From Catajapyx aquilonaris (lineage: Eukaryota): DNA of 58,133 nucleotides. The translations under genes were made by a program, and so were the position numbers. Below, one piece after another: positions 52,145-58,133 of the stretch (the stretch's first letter is position 1; every line of letters starts with the position of its first letter). Where the stretch lies: contig KZ538118.1 in assembly GCA_000934665.2 (NCBI GenBank), positions 62,001-120,133 on the forward strand. Direction: 5' to 3'. Below the pieces are notes generated by a model that saw only the letters and a program-made list of their open reading frames with translations, ran no database searches and was not told where the DNA came from.

Positions 52145-55100
52145 CCCCCCCCCCCCCCCCGGGTTGGGTTCTCAGATTAGCACGCGTGCAGGCCTAGAAA
52201 ACAAAGGAGAAGGCCACGTCAGTGCCTTATCCTGCTGCCGGAGGTCACCTGACACCAGATACGACGGTGTCCGATGACCCACACAATTGGCGGATTTATC
52301 TCCTCCGTTCCAGCCAGCTCGCGCCCGACGGAAGCTATTCTTTTACAACCAGACATCAAGAAAGTGCTTACTGCGCAAGCCGATGTGCAATAAAATAAAG
52401 TGCATATAACCCTATTTTTTTTAAACTAAAATTAATTTGCGAGAGTGACGCACGTGTATACACTCAATACGGGTGTACCAAAAGGTGGCATCACTGTGGG
52501 CAACCCCAATAGTGGAAGCGTGGGATGGAAAAACCAGATAGCACCACAAAGTTCCAAGAAACCAACTCTAACCTTCACATCCAGCAAATCACAGTATTTC
52601 ACCTTTCTCCAAGTGACGCATATGGGTTGTGTACTATTTACAAAAGTTTTTTTTTTAATGAACACACCATCATACCATCCCTGGATATGAATAATGACCA
52701 CGAGGGGTTTACTATTTTAATTATTAATACAGCAAAATAACCTAGTCCCTGCAGACAAATCAGCCGACCATCCAGTACATTACACGCCAAATATTCTAGC
52801 CATTTTGTGCACAAACATGTCAGCAAAAATATTGCCGTCACATTCCTAATAAAAAAACAGGCAGCAAATTCCTTCCTGATTGTCTGAATATGTTGTGTCT
52901 GGAAACAACTGGCACCAAGCTGTTATTCGCGGAATCGACTGCAATTACCCTTGCTGTAATGCCTCCTTCATTTATATGGCTACCAAACGAGTTGTGTGAA
53001 TGGTTACGTTTTTTTTATCCCCCCTCCTCTTATTATATCCACCCCTCCCCAGTTTCCTTCAGCCTGAAAGTGGAGCTCCAGAGCTAATAAATGAGCTCAA
53101 ATAAGGATTAAGCACGTGGCCGACTCCATCACGTAAGGCTTGTAATTAGCGCAACACGCCATAATATGCCACGAATACCAACATTTTTTTTTTTGGTGAC
53201 AACCATACTGGTTGAAGCATCTTCAAAACCAACACTAAATTTGCTTTCCCCCCCTATTCCTATATCCTAATTATGATTATTTATCGCCCGGATTCGGGGT
53301 CATATCCTCCCCCGTAATTCCACGTTCCATTATTTCCAACTCCTGACATCCCCCCCCCCCTACTATTAACAAGTTGCGCTATTACCCACCCACCCCTGGT
53401 TTTCGCTAGTGTTTGCTAGCGAGCGCCTCTTGTTGGAATAACCTCCGGTCAGGCACAATGGCTTTCCCCTCCCCCTCTCCTCTCTCTCTCTCTCTCCCCA
53501 CCCCCCTTTTGCAACGACCAAACTCATCTAACCACCCCCCCTCCTCTTTCCACCACCCCCCCTCATCCAATGTTCCATTGCCGAGATCGCTGTACCACGT
53601 TCGCTTCATGAAGTCCGCATTCAAGATCGCGGGTGACATAGTGCAGCCCGGCCATTCTATAAATGAATTCCCGTAATGGTACCATCATTATCCAAATTTA
53701 CAGCTCACTAACGGTGGCAAGTGCTGGTATAAATCTTCCCCATCCCCCTTGCTAATCCCACTATCGCCCCCCATACATTTGCCATATTCCATAAACTCGC
53801 CATTCTGTAAGCACCATTTCATAATACCCCCATAGCCTATAAGGATTCATTCCCCATTGTTGTGCGTGCTCTTTTCACCCTTATTCCTTTAAACTGCCTA
53901 TCACGTACGCTAAGCGCCCGTAATTTCATTTCGGGGTAATATTACGAGCCCCGGCGTCGGGGGCTGTAGCGGGAATGATAGCAGAGCTCGGAGCCCAGAA
54001 CCGCCACCTCTCTGCATGCATCGCAGCACCCCACCCACCCACCGACGCCACCGACGCCCACCCGACGCAGCTGTGCCATTTCCACAGCTTCTCCACTTGT
54101 TGAACACCCCAAAAAAACATATACATACACACCCCCAAAAAAAGAAACGGTTTACTAATAATCAACCTGATTAATCACCAACCGACAGAACAGTTCAAAC
54201 TCGTAATTATAAAGTGAGGCAACAACTCGGGGAGCGGTACCCAACCCCTCGTAACAGCGGGCGCAAATGATTAGTGGGAACAATGATCCGTAATTTTCCT
54301 GACCAAAGGCAAACCCCAACAATCCTGCTGGCATTCAATGTCCATAATTAGAATTCTGCGACACTACTCGGCCGTGACTTGTGCGCCAACATTTCAATTT
54401 CACTTCCCATGTTGTCATCGTTAGCTCGTTTGGGAATGGGGCATGAGATATACACGCACTCTCGATCATTTCCCACGCATTCCTATGGAAAACAATAGGT
54501 GGACTTCTTATCGGGCCGGATGTACCGCATTTTTAATGGTTCAAAAAATGATGAGAGAGCTGAATAGCAATGGACAATGACAAGTCATGTCGCATCCGGA
54601 AAAGAAAATCATGAATTCTATATTAAAATGACTACGTCATGTCGTGCCGCTTATTTCTGATGGTAGCAGAGTGAGCCATCTACCGATTTCCTTCCCAAAG
54701 CTGTCAGTTATGCCCTTTACAATGTGTATTGATGACTAGTTTGCAATTAATTAATTGTGGCTACCTAGACTTGTGTACGCCACCACCCAGAAACACACCC
54801 ATTGTCCCGAGTGTTCCCCCGCATTATACGTGGTCAGCAGCCATGTTCGTCAACCTATACCCGGACAAACCTGCAAGTGACAGTGTCGGCAACCCGGAAA
54901 CCAAATCACTGACCTAACCACCCGAGATGAGCAGCTTCCCGAGTTTGCAATCCAGGCCACGCTCTGTCCATTTGCATTTTGATTGTCATCCCCCCCCCCC
55001 CCCCAAAGTCCTTTCTTCCCCCTCCTATATCTAATCCAATCGGCCCTTTCCGACCAGCTGCCTCCGCCGAATTCATCTTGGCCAATTCTCCCCCAATAGA

Positions 55101-58100
55101 CTTTTCCTCATATCTAACCTTCCCCCACTGATTTTGGGTGTCATTAGGCATAAAACACCAGTCGTCACGTTCGGTCGAGTTTATCGTCGCCATTTAAATC
55201 CGGCTAATGCCCCACCCATCATTTGTCACCCTTTATCAATCTAATCCTTCGACACAATTCCTCCCTTTCGTGCTTGTCCTTTTCTGGCTAATGACTCGCT
55301 GACTTTATTTGCCCAAGTCATTTGTCAGCGGACATTTTCGCATGCTCATGACTCTAATCATTTGCTCTCTTGAAACAAAAAAAAAATGGGCACATATGCA
55401 ACTGTACATTATTGTTGACAGGTCCAATGCCCCGGGAGTTTAGTGATAACTTTTCTGCTAGTTTCCGCACATGCTGCATGCAACATGTGAACTATTTCCC
55501 TGCAGCCCTGTATTAACATGGCGTCCACTCAAGAAAACTCGGCCGAGTATTATAATGCTCAACTGCAAAACTGCCCTTGGGGTATTGCCAGCCATTTAGG
55601 GCTATAACCTCCCAAAAAAGTGGTAGAAACTAAAATTCGATAACTCCCCCACCTTACACCCCGGGCCTTTTACTTTATGTAGCTAATAAATTACATGTTT
55701 TGCCCGCTTGATTTTACCCACCTTCATTTTCAAAACTTGAAAACTTTCTCATGCTAAGCTACAGTTACTTATTGTACCCTGTAGTACGTCAACTGCACCG
55801 TATAGGCAATGTAATTTTTTAATCGCATAAATAGGCCCTACATTACTGATTGATTAAATTAATTAATAGATAAATAAATATTGGACGGTCAATACGGACT
55901 GTGACAACAACAGTTGTGGTCTGTGTGTGAATGGACGTTAGTTCAACAAGTCTAATTCCAAGTGCTTTTGCCTCCTGGGTGCGTTTTGCGGCCAAGACTA
56001 TCGCAGTCGGCCGCAAGTGGAAAAGCAGAAATCCTGCAGCAGCATCCTAGCCGCAGGGACCTCAGATGGCCGTAAAGTTTGAAGGCAATAAGCCAAGGCT
56101 GCTGGGCAGGTAAGCTGCATCGCATCCGCGCCAAGGCTTCAAGCGAGACGACAAACCGCAATCCCGTGGGGTAAAGCTCCGGATTTATCCAGTCCATGGA
56201 TTTGCATCCGACCAAGCAAATAGAGCAACTTGCAAAGAGCCATTTTTTTTTGGGGGGGGGGGGGGNGGGGGGGGGGGAAGGTGAGGAAGCCCCCCTCTCA
56301 AAATGTGTCTAAATCCATTTTGAGAGAGACCATGCTGTTTCCCTGTGGTCACACGTTTTGTGCTCGAGATGCCGTCAGTAATTTGGGCGTCGCACGGGTA
56401 TTGCGGTCCGAGTAAATTGAGATCACGGAAGTGGGTTCGACTTGTGGCCTTTTGGCACCACCGTATATACCTCGTGGGGATACACTGGAGATGCGTGCGG
56501 ACACGACCGGTATATATACGAGCGGAGATCAGTGGAAATTTCGTGATGGTGGCATGATGCTGGTGGACCTACATGTGCCTGTTTGTCATACAACCTGCTG
56601 CTATTTTTTCAAGAATGTTCGTTAAATCAAAGATCCCGAATTTTTCATTTTATTTGTCGAAATAATCGCACTCAGAAATGGTCCTCCAGAGTTACAAGTT
56701 CCGAAAGCGTAAGTGACCTGGATCTGAATAATGCTGCAAGCAAGTGCAGGATTTACGTTCAACTAAATATATCCTGGTGTAGCTCATAAAATTAAAATAA
56801 CCGCACACTTTTCAGGCTTCGAAATTTAAACCCCATAAAAATATGCGCACATGTACATAAACTCGCTATTCTAAATCATGTCAACCACACGGAAAATTCT
56901 CTATTTATTGCGGTACCGGTAGTCCAAATAAAAGACATTTATGCCGCTTGCTGGATACTGATACAATAGGTGTATTTAGTGAATGGATTTTGCATAATTC
57001 TGATGCATTTTGAAATTTAATCACCTAGTCTGATTCCCGCTGAATGCATTTCCACACACTTTTCCTAAATTTCACCTACTGTACTAAATATATTTTTACA
57101 CATTTTTTGGTTTGTGTCCCAAAGTGGTCTACAAGTACTGAGCTATGTTGGGAACACCCTGGGGTACCACTAAAAAAACTCAACCTCTTCAAGCTTGTGC
57201 CACGTGTTTCTATAAACACCAGGTATACACTGCCTGTATTGCAACGAAGCAATTTCACAATTTCCGATCCCATGCAACCGGCGTGACGTAACCATTTGCC
57301 AAATCCTGCCATGTAAGACAAGCTCGCCACTGTTCATGTGGGTGTCAACCCCCCCGGTTATTACACGATTTGGAGTGACAGCATCGCTACTTGTTGCTCC
57401 CCGTTATGATCCTGGCTCTCCAGTAATTTACGAACTATGCCACTCAATTTATTGTCATCTTATATCCCCATCTACCCAACCCCCTGCATAAAAGGCTATA
57501 CCCGCAGCTCTACAAAAATGTGTGCACATCCAATTGATTCAAAATTGAGTCACGGTCAATCTAACCTTCCCCGCCTCGAAAATTCGAGCTTAAACACGCA
57601 CTAAACGCAATTGAGCAAGCAAATGAGCAGTGAACATACTGTTATACCCCATGCAAATTTTCTCCACCTACCCACCCACTCTCCAAAATGGAGCACATGT
57701 GCAGCAAAAGTGTCGGAGGAGATGAGGTTGGAGGTGAGCTGAATAAAACAAGCGCATTAGTCTCATGTCAGGCTACTGGGAGGGGATATGTGAAGGCAAA
57801 AAAAAAGTGCTTCAGGGTGGGGTATGGCAGGGTGGGGGCGACGGGGCGCGAATATTCCGCGCCCCATCCTGTCAGCCCACAGCTCCGGATGACCGGAAAT
57901 CAATATCGCCGCGGACAGACCTCTCTGCACCAGTTGGCGGTCGCAGCTCGCAATTTTCTTCAAATCGCAATTTTTAGCAAAAAAAAAAAATGTATCAAAA
58001 AAAGACACCCAATCCTCCAAGTACTAGCAATGAAACAACGAGGTCATTACATTTAAACCCGGTTTGCAACACCCTGGAGAGAAAACAGCTTCAAGCCCAC

Positions 58101-58133
58101 CAAGTGCAAAATTCAACCACGGAAACCCCCCCC

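Noticed and set aside
51802..52277. ORFs of 131 and 135 aa
   Set aside because: Mostly the N gap translated as X.

Overview
Eukaryotic genomic DNA, most likely arthropod (judged from the scalloped-type TEAD N-terminus and the FucT-C-type fucosyltransferase). It holds three intron-containing genes, reconstructed by hand from GT-AG sites and codon phases. (1) A + strand class A neuropeptide GPCR of the vasopressin/GnRH/CCAP superfamily (7113 to about 23443), possibly of the achatin-receptor clade, with an unresolved C-terminal tail. (2) A compact + strand alpha-1,3-fucosyltransferase (GT10; 25636-27007, 4 exons, 397 aa). (3) A - strand scalloped/TEAD transcription factor (10 coding exons, 45473-31701, about 438 aa), with a probable 4.2 kb 3' UTR that meets the fucosyltransferase 3' end. 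The strongest finding is that the recognisable TEAD exons have no in-frame AUG before the TEA domain. They instead carry an AUU codon in a Kozak-like GCCGCCAAG context, at the position matching the known non-AUG starts of vertebrate TEAD1/TEAD3. Introns carry a 1.77 kb foldback element with ~465 bp arms, several MITEs, an NRF1/Ewg motif cluster with an Inr, a DRE-rich repeat, and many poly-C/G tracts at assembly gaps. Almost all other ORFs in the supplied track are spurious. No rRNA, tRNA or CRISPR array was seen.
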